Of a DNA stretch of 64,000 nucleotides, positions 40,395 through 55,200 are shown piece by piece; position 1 is the stretch's first letter, and every line of letters starts with the position of its first letter. This stretch comes from Kudoa neothunni (lineage: Eukaryota > Animalia > Cnidaria), in contig OZ199840.1 in NCBI GenBank assembly GCA_964304625.1, forward strand, positions 6,489,440-6,553,439, in the 5' to 3' direction. The notes below the pieces were generated by a model that worked only from the letters and a program-made list of their open reading frames with translations, was not told the DNA's origin and searched no databases. The position numbers and the translations under genes are program-made.

Positions 40395-42441
40395 CACATT
40401 CGAGTCCCAATTTTTAGCAGGATAAAAAATTTTTACAAATAAAAATATCAATGAACACAAAATTTTTAAGACACAAGAATTACCCAACAAAAATTTTTTA
40501 AACATTTTATGTTTTTCACTAAAGTGCACAAGGGGACTTCACATAAAAAAAATTGGAAATTTTCTTATGTGACAAAAATCAAACAATACTAATCGTATTT
40601 AGTTTTTTTGGCGTGGAAATTGTAAAAACGATTTCTTCCTTTTACAATACTGCAGCTTGCATTACATTTAAGACACACAAACTGTGTACTTCTTTTACAG
40701 AGGCGACATCTGCTTTTGGAGTCCACCATATCAGGGTATTGTCCTACATTGTCAAATCTAATAAAATCTGACAGCCCGTAATTTTGTTTTTCATTTTACA
40801 TAAGACGAGGACCCCAACTGAGATATGTCCAGACTTGGTCGATCTCACATTGGTACCCTATCTGTTTTTTGTGATAGCTTAAAAGTTCACTTATGGTTTT
40901 GGTGAATGAGAGCAAATCTTTAATCTTTTTCTTTGGCACTTTTCTTATTAGTGGGTTCCTAGTATAGAGCTGCCAGGCATTGATAACGGCTGTATTTAAA
41001 CCCTAAAAGAAAATTTTCGTATAAAATTTTTTGGATTTGTGTTCTAGCCTAAAAGAGCCATCAGCATGTCCGAAAGACCAATCCCTCCCATATTTTTATT
41101 ATACTCGGAAACGACACTAAGGCATACTCAACATTGGTCATTTGTCCTTGGCTTCTAAAAATCTCTTTACATTGCAACTGGATTCCGAGGATGAATGGGC
41201 TGAGGATAAATGGCCACGGATATGTCACATCACTGGGATAATATTATGTCGTTTTGAAGATTTTGTGCTCATTCATATGATCCACGTCAACTTTTTGAAA
41301 TAGCTTTTACAGGAGTTAATACGCAGTTCTTAATTCTATTTCTCCTGATAGTTCCAACAGAATAGATATTGCGATTTTTTAAAAACATTTGCAATGGAAA
41401 TGACATAATGTAATTGTAAAAATATACAAAAAATGTTTTGGATATTGGAAGTGTTTCAGAAAGTCTGACTACAAAATCTCCTGAAGCTAGACCACCGCCT
41501 TGATCGACAGTAGGACGCTTCCTTCATATAGACGAAAATCATATACAATTCCATCGACCGCACACCTTGCGAAGACTTTAAAATCCCACCTGGATGATTT
41601 CTTAGACAGATATTGCTTTACTTTACATTTTCCTTTGAAAGGAATCATTTTCTCATCTATAGAATTACTAACTTCTTGCTTGAGGCTTAAGCAAGAAGTC
41701 CTAAGACGTTCTAAAAAGGATATGATTTTTGAAAAGCTATCAAAACAAGTGATTCATTATTCTTTATATTTTATCGTTGTTACAAAAATGCAAAAACATG
41801 AATATTTGCTGAAAACGATTTCTCGAAACTGTATTAGAAATAGGTAGATAATCCAGTGATTTGCTCCAGTAGCAGCGATAACGTAACATCCTAACAATTC
41901 CTATTAAAATCAAATCTCTAATAAATTTTTGAATTTCTTCAACATCCGTAAGAAAGGTTGAACCAATCTGAGTTGAAAAAATATTCGATTCGTGGGATAT
42001 CATCTCAAGTAATTCATTGAAAGTTAAATTGTGATCCATTGTAATCCAAATTTCTTTATAGTAAACGCCCGTTGTTCACTGTAGTGAGCACGTGTTATTT
42101 AAGCGATATTTTTTGCAATAATTAAATAAATAACGTGAATACTTGAAAGTACAAACTAGAAATAAGTATCTAAACTATCTATATTTTTTAAGATTTATTT
42201 ATAAAATACAAGAAGCTTTTATTTGAAAAATAAAGTTAGAATTTTATAATCCACATTTAGGAAAAAGTATCCTTCAATCTAAACTCATCATTATCAACTA
42301 TGATAAAATACAAATAAAAAAACAAAGCTTAAATCAAATTATTCATTAAAATCTATTTTTGATATCCAACTAGTTAAAGGTAACATGTATTGATCGAAAT
42401 AATCGTTTGTTCATTACAGTGAACAATGAGACTGAAAAGTG
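40395..42441 (-). mobile_element. piggyBac (PGBD3-like) transposon, decayed
   Basis: TTAA at 40391-40394 and 42442-42445, with CAC.../...GTG ends. Minus-strand remnants SRNRFQQIFMFLHF, SIDEKMIPFKGK...KQY, WDFKVFARC, SVGTIRRNRI and EYNKNMGG. Confidence 0.85.
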
Positions 42442-43232
42442 TTAAATGAATAAAATATGTATTATTTCATTTTAAATGCTTCTGTATCAAAAAAAGTCGT
42501 TAATGAAGGATCGTGAACTTTAAATGTTGGCTAACTTTTCTTATTACGATTTCTACGTCGTACGACTACATACTCGCCCAAACTGTTTTTCGAAGTTATT
42601 AGTTGTATTCATTAAAAGCACAAAGCATAAAAATAATCAAAATTTAAACGACTTTCAAAAATAGTGTTGCGTTTGTTCGCGCTAGGCGCAATAGAAATAT
42701 AATTTCACGCTCGTGTGCGTCAAACTACGTAAAAACTGTTTAATGATCAGTTGTATAGACTTACTTGTCATCATTGAAGGGATTGCGCAAAAGCGTTTGT
42801 TTTTTGTATGAAGTTAAAATTGGTCCAAAATGATGAGCAAAGAAGTATGTTAAAAACGAGTTTCGCCAATTATTACTATTTTATGATAGTGTTGTGAAGA
42901 GTCTTAATTTTATTTTAAACAAACATGAGATAAAAATTAGGACAATGCTATTTTAGCAGGATTTTTCTGTTTTTATACAAAATTATCCTTTCTATATACA
43001 ATAGATAATCGATTTTTCGTAATCCCTTTGGGACCAGAGAAAAGTTACTGAAAATGCATCACTGACCAATTTTACGTACGTATCGACTCGTGCGCAGATA
43101 ATTAAAACATGTTGTATTAAAGTAATATTGTAATAAGATTCATAATTATTAATTTTTAGAAAAATTTTTATCTTCTTGGCGTAACTTGAAGAAAATCTGG
43201 TGACTATAAATTTAGATCGTTATCGATTTCAA

Positions 43233-45434
43233 CCCTCTGATGATCATAAAAAACATGTCCGTTGAAATTACTTTGAGGTAAAAAATACCCCAACTATTTT
43301 TTTCGTTTAAAATACGAAAAATATTATAAAGTTTTCAAAACTAGAATCTAACAAATTTCCAGCCGACAGATTTAGTTTAAACTACACGATAAAGTGATAT
43401 ATTTATCGTTGGCACATGCGCGGGCGATTTGTACGATGAATTCTTTTTTTAGAATGTGAGTGTGGAGGTCATATTTACGAAGATGAAGAATTTTCAGACG
43501 AAATGGAATTAATCGACGTTGGTATTAATGTTCTTACGAGTAAGGTTGGTATTCAATGGAATGCGTCAACTCCTTGTCCAACTAAGAGAGGTTTGAAGAA
43601 TGAATGTATCCACGCCGATGCTCAAACAAAAATAAAAAACATTTTGGGCAGGTTTTTATTATTTTCGATTGATGAAATCAGTAATGAAATCACTTTGTTT
43701 ACAAATATATTTGGAAAACATCGTTTTGGCGACCAATTGTACCATCTTGATTTGTTAGAAATTAGGGAATATTTAGGATTGTTAATCCTCATGACCACCC
43801 ATAAGGATAGAGAGGAGCATATAAGTGAGTTTTTCAGCCAGAAGGAAGGAAGAGAAATCTATCGGCAATTATTTTCAATTCGGTGCTTCAGACATATTTC
43901 CCAAGCACTGCATTTAGATGGCTATTATAACTGCGAAGAACGTAGAAATTTGGACCGACTCAGTGCCATTCGTGATATATGGGAGAAGTGGGTTGACGTG
44001 CTACCTAAATGTTTTGCTCCGAACGAGGACGTCATTGTCGATGAACAATTGGTTCCATTGGGGGGGGGGGATGTCCTTCCGGCATTATATGCCCATGATG
44101 TCGGCAAAATGTGGTATATAATTTTGTCTTCTGGTTGATCCAATCGCCAATTACGTTTGTAATGCCAGCGTTTACTTGGGAAAGAACAATTCTGAGACGA
44201 ACAGATAAACTAACGTAGGTGAAAACATCGTTCTCAACCTTACAACTCATTTGTTTGATTCTGGCCAAAATGTTGTCGCTGATAATTTCTTCTCGTCGAT
44301 GTCTCTCGTGAAGAAATTGTTGGAAAGAAAGTTGACTTTTTTGGGAGCAATGAGAAAAAATAAGAGATACCATCTTGTCTTCTACCTTCAAGAAAATGAC
44401 CTCTTTATTCCATCATTTTTTCGTTTCACAATAAATACATGCTGTTATCGTATGTGGCAAAGAAGGCTAATCTGTGATTCTTCTAACTTCCGGCACACAT
44501 TATAACTCTGTTGCTGGAGAATACCTCAAGTTCAAACCTCAATTAATATTGAATGATAATACAACTAAGGGCGGCGTAGATAATGTCGACAGGATGCACG
44601 CATCGGTTTTTATTCGTCGATTTACAAGGAGATGGCCCCTAGTCGTATTCTTAGCATAGTCGATTTGTCATTGGTGAATGCTTTTGCATTGTATGAAGAA
44701 ATATATGGTGAATCGAATAATGGACGAACCTTCCTAAGGGAGATCGCATAGCAACTCCTTAAACTGTTTAAATTGTTGTTGGCCAAACATTCTACCAATA
44801 TACCGGCAAAAAGACACTTCAATAAAGCAAACATTTCCCATTTGGAACCACCTGTAAACATAAAAAGTGCACGACGTGAGTTTTGTCCTCGAAAAAATGA
44901 TAAAATATTACAAGATGGTGCTATAAGTGCTACAAATTTTATTGTCCAGTACATTCTTCAAGCAGTTTTTTAGATTGTTCAAAATAAATATTCCCTAAAA
45001 TTAATGTTTTTGCGCTGAAAGCTATATTTAATTACTTGGATGAGTCTAACCATAACATATAATTACGACACACAGATTATAGTGAATTATTAATGGAGCA
45101 GATTAAACCACAATTGCCTAGCGTGAAATATGAAAATTTATTTCAGTTGCGCTTATAAAAACATTATATACACGAATTAAAGAGTTTTTAATTTAGTTTA
45201 AATTTTAACGTAAAAGAATGGGTGGGGTAATTTCTACCCCAAAGCACTTTAGAAGATAAACATGCAATAAATTTTTTAATACAAAATATTTAAACAATAT
45301 TTTAGTCTAGAATTAAAAAGAAATGTATGTTACAGGAATGCACAGAATCTTAAGCGCCAAAATTTCCAACATAAAGAGATATATGAATTTTAAAATCGCA
45401 TTGGGGTAGATTCAACCCCCAAATCATCGGAGGG
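43233..45434 (+). mobile_element. piggyBac transposon, decayed; related to the element at 21089
   Basis: TIRs CCCTCTGATGAT / ATCATCGGAGGG flanked by TCAA / TTAA. Remnants VDEQLVP, ADNFFSS, GAMRKNKR and GGVDNVDRM...TRRWPLVVF. Confidence 0.88.
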
Positions 45435-46439
45435 TTAATAATGTGGTTTTTAACCGAAATAATTTTGTAGTTGGGCTTTGAAAAATAAATTATTCGTTTG
45501 TTGAGAGATAGTAGTTTACTTGCTGAATTTTTTGAAAAATACGAGAATTATATTTTATAATTTAGTTTCCTGATTAAAAGCTGAGCTACAGAAATGTGGA
45601 TATAAATTGTAAACGGTATTTTTGAAATTACTATTTTAACAAACTAGGTATATTCCAAATGTTTCATCATCACTCTTTCTTTCTTATTTTACTCAAATTG
45701 AAAGGTTAAATTTTTTCAGTTGTTAAAAACCGTTAATTCTTTTGATGGCAAATCAAAGGACGATCTGAATCACTCCTAGAAATGGGCATATAAAATCAGC
45801 TCATCAACCATTATATATCTTTTTTCTAGATGTGAATTGGATTCCAAACGTAAATCAAAGTTCACTTTAGAAAGTTTGTGCATATTAAAATAATTGAACA
45901 TTTTTTTGTTGATTGAATAATATAGTATTATATAAATTGTACAAAAAAGGTCGGTAGAAGATCTTGTAGCAATATCACTCAATTTGTTTTATCATTTATG
46001 GTAACAGTTTTGAGTTCATAAATGGCCGCACAGGAAAATTAACCATTTTTAGATTAAGGCGCGACCGATAACCATAAAATCTCCCACAGGTAATAATTTT
46101 CTTGAATTGAACTCCTTTACTAATTTTTTTGCACATATAATAATCTATAATAAATCGGTTCTCTTGAATCTATAGTTTAATCAATTATAAACTATAGTAC
46201 TAAAATTATTATTTGGTTACCCTTCCAGAATGCTTCTTTTGAATGAATACAAACTCATTTTACATGAAGAAATTAATTCAACATTTTTATTTTGGGAGTT
46301 TTCAAAGTTGAAATATATGTGAAATCAAAATCACGAAATGTAAAAATTTATCGGCTTCTATTCGCAAATTTTTAAATAATGGTAAAATAATGAACTTCTC
46401 TTTATGTCTCAATGATTTACGTTGATATAACGTATTTAA

Positions 46440-47146
46440 TAAGTTTAAGCGAAGGATTTTGAAAATTAAGGTTGTAGCCGAAAAAGCACGTAAAACCGGT
46501 AATCCGTGTGTGTGTCAGTGTGTACGCATTTTTCATTCTTTATAGAGGGAGATATCACTCCATTTGAGCACACGTATGGAAAGATAAAATTTTATTTGAA
46601 TACAGAAAAACACTTAAAAAATTATAAAAGGTGTGTATCCTGCAAAATGACTAAAAACATTTTCACGTGATATGAGTGGTATGATTTCAGGATTTACGCA
46701 ATCATATAGATCATTTCGTTAAAATTATAAAAAGTTAATTTTAAATGTATTGTAGTGTTTATTTTACTTTAAAATTATTTAAAAGTAATTTAGTAATTCA
46801 AATAAGGAAAGTAATATTAGGTTATGTATCCAAGCATTAATATGAAATTCATTTTTTGATGTTTAACAAGATTAGTCCTTTTTATATGGTATGATATAGA
46901 GATTACTGCAAACGACAAGGAGAAAATCGGTTTTTAGGTGCTCTAAAAAGGAAATTTTAAACGCTCAGTAGTGTTTATTCGTTTTTAAAAATATTAAATA
47001 AGGTCCATGCGTCCAATTAATTAAATAAATTATCCGTTAATTGGGTAATCTTTGTACTATTTATTTAAATACTCTTAATTTACTTTGAACTTCATATGAC
47101 TTTGGCCGGGCAAGGAAGCCTAAGCGAAGCGGGGCTTTTACGCTAG
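46440..47146 (+). mobile_element. Non-autonomous Helitron/Helentron-like element; 3' end clear, 5' end approximate
   Basis: 3' hairpin GCCTAAGCGAAGCGGGGC followed by CTAG|T at 47143-47147, with a GT microsatellite near the presumed 5' end. Confidence 0.5.
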
Positions 47147-47211
47147 TTGGTATATGTCACAAACTAATAAGGGAGATTTGACATCTCTCGTAAAATGGCG
47201 TTAGTGACGTT

Positions 47212-50200
47212 TGTAACAATACTACTCGTACATTAAACAGGGAGCGGCGGCTCTGTTGACCCACTAATAACCTATATAGTATTGAGTCATATTGGTGCAT
47301 TTATTCAATGATTATCTATTCGTTATAATGGTGTCAGAGGAAAAAGCCATCAACATGTTAGACTTTAACGACGTAGACGCCCAATTACTGGAAATTCCAT
47401 GGCTGGTGACAAAAAAGTCATGGGCTGAAACCCAGCATTATGCTCGTATTCTACTATGCATTCCCAGATCAATACGCAGTCTGATCGTACCCTCCTGATG
47501 CAGGAGACATTCAAAACAACATTAACATGTTGGAAACCAGCATAAAAAATTACTCACGGTCTTTATGTAGTTCATACCAACTTCTGAAACGCTTTGAGGA
47601 AGCTAAACTGGAACCACACGAACAAATTTTGGAATATTACCAGACTTATCACACTTATGATGAGAGCCAGACCGAATTCGTCCCAGGATGATCTAAATTT
47701 TTGGATCAGACCTAAAATCATAGCGGCCGACCCACTTAGAGATAGGGCAACACTACAAGCACTTAGCTCTGGAAATATCCAAAGTCTCTTTGAAAATATT
47801 CAACTTTCCGGTGATCATGAGAAACAACAGTTAGACCTCCAGGTATTTTCAATATCCAGAAGAAATGTTTACGAATGCAAACGTTGCGGAGGAAAGCACA
47901 ATACTTCTGAATGCAAAGGACTTGCCGTCTGTAAAATTTGCAACAAACGAGGTCATATGGCAAAAAAATGTTGGCGTCAGGGAAACGTGAAAAGGGTGTG
48001 ACTTCCGCTTGGGTACGCTCCCTTCAATCAATAAACAAGCACGATAAAATATCATCAATTGAAAGAGTTCACATAATCCATTCAAATGAACCTCTTATTT
48101 GTAAAATCATTGTTCCGTCTTCAGGCAAAACGTATAATGCATTGATCGATACTGGCTCGGCATACAGTCTTGTAGATAAGAGGATTTCTGTTGATGACTC
48201 ATTAATCCATGTTATAACAAACTTCAAGTTGCAAATGGTAATCCATTAAAAACTGAGTTCAAAACTAACTTACTTGTCGAATTTTCTGGAAAAGTGATGC
48301 CTCACACATTTCTTGTGACCGATGAACTTGTCTGCGACCCAATTATTGGGCGCGATTTTATTAGTTCTCACTTGGCCATTGAAATCAAAATGCAAAACAA
48401 AACGACTTCGAATGTGAATACCTGCACCGTCGAGCAGGGGAATAATTGTAATTGTACAATAAATCTGGACAAAATTCTCGAAAAATACAAAGATGTTTTT
48501 TGTGATGATATTCTCGGACTACCCACTGCTAAAAATTCGTCTCTCAACATTTCATCGAACGGTTCAAAGCCAATCGCACTACGTCCATATAGAATACCCT
48601 ACCATTACAAATATGAAGTAACTCAACAATTAAAGGAGATGCTTCACTGCGGAATTATACGGCGTTCAAAAAGTCCTTGGTGTGCATCAGTTGTTATTAC
48701 GCAGAAAAAGGACAAATCAATAAGACTATATGTGGATTACCGAAAACTGAACGACATCACTGTAAAAGATGAGTATCCATTACCATTACTTTATGACACA
48801 ATAGACAAACTGGCTGGATAAACTATATTCTCTTCATTCGACTTAAAATCGGGATATTGGCAGATCCCTATAGCTAAGGATGGCATCCCCAAAACGGCAT
48901 TCTCACCTGATCATGGTGAAGGTCTTTACGAATTTTTAAAAATGCCTTTTGGAGTAGTCAACGGCCCAGCCGCCTTCCAACATGCTATGGATAATATGCT
49001 TCATGAAATTCCCTATGTTATTGCATACATGGACGATATCGTCGTATTTTCTAAAAATCATGATGATCACTTGCATCACCTCGAAAAAGCATTGAAATTG
49101 CCAAAAGACGAGAACCTTGCGGTAAATCCACCAAAAATCAAAAAGTAAATTTTTCCAAACTGAAATTCATTATTTTGGATTTGTCATATTCAAGAATGGT
49201 ATTGCCGATGATTCAGATAGAGTCGAATCTATAAAAAACTGGAAAATACCCGGTAACAAAAAAGACCTACAATCATTTCTTGGCGCTGTCAACTTCCTCC
49301 ATAGACATGTGAAGAATCTGGCCGAGTTGACCGCCCCTTTGTACACACTAATTGAACTCAAAATCGATTTTATATGGTCAAGCACTGAAGATGATATTTT
49401 TCAAAAAGTTAAACAACTTGTTTCACGATCAAAAAGTCTCAGTTTCCTGATTTGTGCAAACCATTCATTGTCTAGTGCGATGCCTCAAATATGGCATCTG
49501 GAGGTGTGCTAATGCAAGAGGATGGCGCAAATGTGATAATTGCATATACCAGTAAAAAATTCAACAGAAAAGAACTGAAATATGCCACTACAGATAGAGA
49601 AGCTCTAGCGGTGATACACGCCATCGGAAAATTCAGACCATACCTGATTGGGAAAAGATTCCGTATCGTGACTGACCACAATCCTCTTGTAACTCTGAAG
49701 AAAACGAAAGACCTCCTTGGAAGGAGAGGTCGATGGCCCATGGAATGGCAAGAATACGATTTTGACGTGAAATACAAACCTGGTTCGTCAAATATACTTA
49801 CCGACGCTCTTTCTCGAAGCATTTGTAGCATAACAGAATTTTGTGGAATAAATACTGATGAGATTGCCAAAAATCAAGAATCAGATAAATCCATATGCTG
49901 CCTAAAAAATTATTCAGTGCATGATGAAATACCCAACACTTATGATGATGAAGAAACCAATGCTCTCTGGAAAAAGAGAAAAAAACTTAAAATCATTAAT
50001 GGTTTACTCTTCTTTAGCTCACATGTTGGAGACAGTGGTTCTGCCTAAAGTTAACAGAAGTGATATCATTCGACTTATTCATGACCACGGCACAGCACAT
50101 TCGGGAGTCATCAAGACGTCTCAAGCAATAAGGAGGATGTGTTTTTGGCCGAACATCGAGAAGGATGTGCAAACATATATATCTAATTGTAATGTATGCC

Positions 50201-51247
50201 TTAAAACTAAAATTCCGACTCATATGAAAAAAGCTGAACTCATACATACCCATACCAGTGGAAGGACCTGGAATCATGTGGCATATTCACTTTATAGGGC
50301 CCTCGCCGTCTACTATAAATGGTAATCGGCTTATAATAATTATGGTCGACCAATTCACAAAATGGGTTGAAGCCAAAGCATTGGAGACAATTACGGCTGA
50401 AAATACCGTTGGAGCTGTATTAGAATTAATTGTATCAAGACATGGTATACCTCAAAGAATTCACACTGATAGAGGTCACCAATTCGACTCTGCAGTTTTT
50501 GGAGAGTTGTGTTCAAACCTAAGCATTAACCACTCCATGTCTACCCCACACCATTCGGAAGGGAACGGAATGGTGGAACGACAAGTTAGAAATCTCAAAA
50601 CAAAATTATGCGCCCCTATTGAATCGAAAAATTTAGAATGGTACAAAGTCTTAGAAATGGCACTTTTCGCCATACGCACAACGATATCGGACTCTATTAA
50701 ATGGTCACCAGCATACCTTACATACGGAAGGTAGTTATACACGAGGGCTCAAATGCAACTTCCTAAAACTTCACCTGGTAAATTAGGCATATGCAACAAT
50801 GCCTACGTCAAATTTTTCTTGGAAAATTTACGCACATGTCGAAGCGAAGCGATGAAGAATGTTGATACGTCTCAAATTAAGCAGAAATCCTATCATGATC
50901 TAAAATCAACAAATATTCATTATAAGATTGGTGATCATGTGTTTATGCGTAATCGAAACGCGACGTCACTGGTCCCTAAATTTGTTGGATCGTATAAACT
51001 GGTTAAAGTATCACATCCCAACTACGTCATAAAAAGTGCAGGACAAAGTCGTCTTGTCCATTTTAATGATTTAACCAAAAGTGAAACTGCCAAACAAGAT
51101 AGTCGCCCTAAATCATCGCGGAGGGGAGAAATGTAACAATACTACGCGTACATTAAACAAGGAGCGGTGGATCTGTTGAGTCACTAATAACCTATATAGT
51201 ATTGAGTAATATTGGTGCATTTATTCAGTGAGTATCTATTCGCTATA
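47212..51247 (+). mobile_element. Ty3/Gypsy LTR retrotransposon (Mag-like), 4036 bp, decayed gag-pol
   Basis: 116-bp LTRs at 47212-47327 and 51132-51247; TSD ACGTT/ACGTC; PBS TGGTGTCAGA (tRNA-Leu-like); polypurine tract GGAGGGGAGAAA. Two zinc knuckles, protease LIDTGS, RT YMDD, RNase H TDH, and integrase HHCC and TDRG in the order PR-RT-RH-IN. Confidence 0.95.
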
Positions 51248-51328
51248 ACGTCATGTGTCTTAAAATCAATCCATACTGCACGAATAACATTTTCCATACA
51301 TTCTATATCTCAATTAATAAATCTTCCT

Positions 51329-51878
51329 GGTTAAAATGTACAATAGTGGCCGTAATCTAAATCGGCGACCACAATAAAAATCGAACTTGTTGATTATTCT
51401 AATTTATTGTATTTATCATTGTTTCACCACTTGTAGTTTATTTTCGGCACTGTATTTGATTTGTTATTGATAATAGTTGTTGTAATATATTCTTTAAATA
51501 ACTGCTAGCCCCTCGTAGTTATTTCCACAGGACATACCATTTAATCGATGGAGTAAAGCATGCTTTGTTTTATCCTAAAATTTGAGTGTGACAACTATGA
51601 TTTTTTATTGATTGTCATATTTCATCATTAGCAATTGCCTATTATTAGTTCTATGTCTTAAGAATAAGAAATTAATATTATCTGCAAGCATTAGGTGTCA
51701 AATTGTATCAAATGCATAACGTTGACATCAAAAATAATTTATTGTAATTAATCCACTCATTCCTACCATTAAATGTTTAACACATTTTATGCTAATTTGT
51801 TGTAAAAAATTCAGGATTAATCTACGAACCAATTATAATCTTTAATCGGAAAATGTGGCCACTATTCTACATTTAACC
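51329..51878 (-). mobile_element. Merlin-type MITE, copy 2 (550 bp), inverted relative to copy 1
   Basis: Reverse complement of 38954-39500 with scattered substitutions. Has its own 8-bp TSD, ATCTTCCT/GTCTTCCT. Confidence 0.9.
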
Positions 51879-52279
51879 GTCTTCCTTGTATACATTGAAT
51901 GGAAGCTCGCTTAATTTTGTTCTCACGCTGAATTAGAAAAACAATACTACACAGGTGCTTTTTAATATGTTTTTAAAGTAGGGCATCGGGATATTTCTTA
52001 TTTCGGACAACAATATTGATTATATGAGTACTTCTAAGTAAAATAACATAGTTTTTTAATCCAAACTCCCTTTCAAATGCATATTAAAAGCCGTATTTGC
52101 AAAAATTTTCTACAAAGGCGATTATGTACTCACGTACTATTGTAAACATACGCGGACACACATAATAACATTACACATAAATAGATGATTACGATACTTC
52201 CTTCGTGAACAAATATTCATAGGTATATTCTCCCATAAACAACAGTATTTATTTTTGACCAAAATTGCACATTTAAACA

Positions 52280-55200
52280 ATGCCTAGAATAAATAGAAAG
52301 TAACTTTAATCACTTTAATTTGATTAAATATCTTTGATAGGATCATTGCTCTGTTCATATTTTTACTCATTGTATTGTCATTCTTGTATTACTTGAATGG
52401 ATTGAAAAATAATAACTATCAAACGGTTTATAACGATATCTTATTAGATCATTTTTTGCCAACTTCTCTTTCTCCAAAACTTGAAAATACAGATCAAGTT
52501 ATTGCTTCTTAGTGTGTATATCAAAATTAAAATATTCTTAGAGCATAATTGAAGTTATATCAAGCCGTGATGCATTCAGAGTTTACGTTAATGAAAATAT
52601 TGTATATGTGTCTCCGCTTGGGCATGTTGGAATATCAATGGTTGTTTTAAACCCAAACTCATTAGAAATTTTAAACACTGCCCATTTTAATACTTACATG
52701 AGTTCGTCTGAAGCTGATGATTTGTTGAATTCAGTCAAATCCTGTGGAAAAAATGAACTAATTATTCTAGGAGTTGTTGTAAGTTTTTGTTTAAACGAAT
52801 GCATAATACCCACTGCAGTGGTAGACCACTGATTTTTAATCCCCCTTAAATGTTGTTAGAAATATTGATATTGAAAGTGGGAATTTTTAATGTAATTTTG
52901 TCAATGTCTTATCAATATTTTACTAACTTATCAAAAATTTTATGTTTATATTTACCGAGAAATTATTTTTATGATGGACAATTCTTAATCCTCTTAAGAA
53001 ATGCTTGAAAAAGAATTACGTAATTCTGTTTTTCTTTATTACAGCACTATTTAATCATATTCTATTTAAGCCTACTATGCGTATAAGAAAATAAGAAGTA
53101 TCAAAAGTTTTTAAACGCATTGTGTATATTAGCTATTGATTTTAAGCCATCCTTTCGCAATCATGGTGAAAGTGTGTAAAATCCGTCCCTCTAATATATA
53201 TATATATAAATATATAACTGTTTAATATAATTTAATTTAATAAATTGAGGAAAAAAAATATTGCTTTTACTTAAAATTAAAATATTTGGTTATTATAATC
53301 CGACACACGTTTTTTGGAATAATTTTAGATATTCCTTTTTTAAACGGCACGAACATGATCAATCGATTTTTTTTGCAAAATATTAAAAAAATGTAATACT
53401 AATTAATTAATTAACGAGGTATGACAAGAATATGACGCCTTAAAACATTTCACCAATTTTAGTTTCGTTTTATAAAATTTCATCGGGATTAGAAATGGAG
53501 GGTGTGTTACAATGCTTTATAGCTGGGATCGGCAACCTATGGACCACAATGCATTGACTGGCATACAAAAATTTCTTAATATCTAAAATACCTAAATACT
53601 TTTTAAGTTGTCATCCATATCGTTTTTCGAAATGTTTATAGGTTGTCGATGTAAACATTTTAGACCACTAAAATTCATTTTCATAAAATCAGAAAACCGG
53701 AATTAATATGGATGCTAAAATATCGTCAAAATTATTCCAATCAAAGTATATAATATTTTTAAAAGGGTATATAATTACATTTCTTGTCATTTGACTTAGT
53801 CTAATAAATCGTTCATTCACAAACTTAGCACGAGCTTATTACACTGCAAGTGAAATTTATTTGAGTATAATACTTTTGATTTTATGTAATTTTCTAGTTT
53901 TAATGACTTTTATAAATTCTTGTTTATATATTTAAATTAAAATTTTGAATTAAGATTAATTTGACATATTGGTAGATTAATTTTAATACGGCGCGCATTA
54001 GAGTTAGGGTATGTCTATTCGGCCCATCACTCAAAAAGGTTGCCGACCCCTGCTTTATAGTAACAAATTTAGCTCCACTTTGGAGAATATTGCTGAATTA
54101 TTTTATTACATTATGCCTTTATTTAATATGTTTGTTATTTTATTAATTTTTACATCCATTAAACATAATTACCGTAATGTCTCGTTATTGCGTAATATTT
54201 TGGGACTGGGGAAAAATTACGGAATATCGAGTCGTCTACGCACGCATAATAACTTTTAATTTAACATTTTTTACAAAATTGCTTATATATTTTATAATTT
54301 TTTATTCATTTATTGGTAATTTTGCGTAAGACATCCTTAACTTGATGTACAGAAAATAATATATTAGGATTCACAACGACCTACGTCTTTTCGCGGATTT
54401 AAAAGACTTTTTACTTGAAACGTTGTAACGATTTCATCGTTGTGAATGAGATCAGGATCGTCACTTCAAAAAGTAAATTTACCTTGATTATCTTAATTTA
54501 AATATATAATTTCATTTTCTTCCAACAAAATAATATCATTACACATATGAATATTAAAATTTTTCTATTAATTACTTTATAATGTTATTTCTTCATCACA
54601 TTACTTTAAAGTTTTATATTCTTAATTTTTCAATAAAAGTGAAGAAAAAATCAATTATTTTTTTTAAAAATAGGCAACCGATTGACTCACTAATTTTGAC
54701 GTATAAAAATAAACGAGCATGGCATATTTAAATATTTTCTGGTCCTTTTCTCCGAATAGCACATTTATTAAAAATATTTCTCTTAATTGGGTATTAATCG
54801 TTGAATTATTGCCAGATCAATTTGTCGCACCACACAAACAGTGTTTTTGGTAGAAATAGGAACTGGATGTTTTCGAAATAATTGATCGATTAAGGACGGT
54901 GTGAGAAATGTTGTAATAAAATTAAAACCTGTTTTCTCTAATAAATCTCTGCTTCATATCGTTGAGGATCTGATAAAATATAGATGAAGATAATCACACA
55001 TTCATTATCGAATGTCATTAAACTAAAAGCTCTTTAATTCCCTAAAACAACTTGTTTTCTTAAAACCTTCTTATTACGTGTAATTGTAATTTTTCTTCGG
55101 TCATTGTAGCAGTGATAAACATAGTTGCACGCTTTTGAATTATTTTACACGCTTACATTGTGCTAATTTTTAATAGTGGACGTACGCTGTATCGGTTTTT

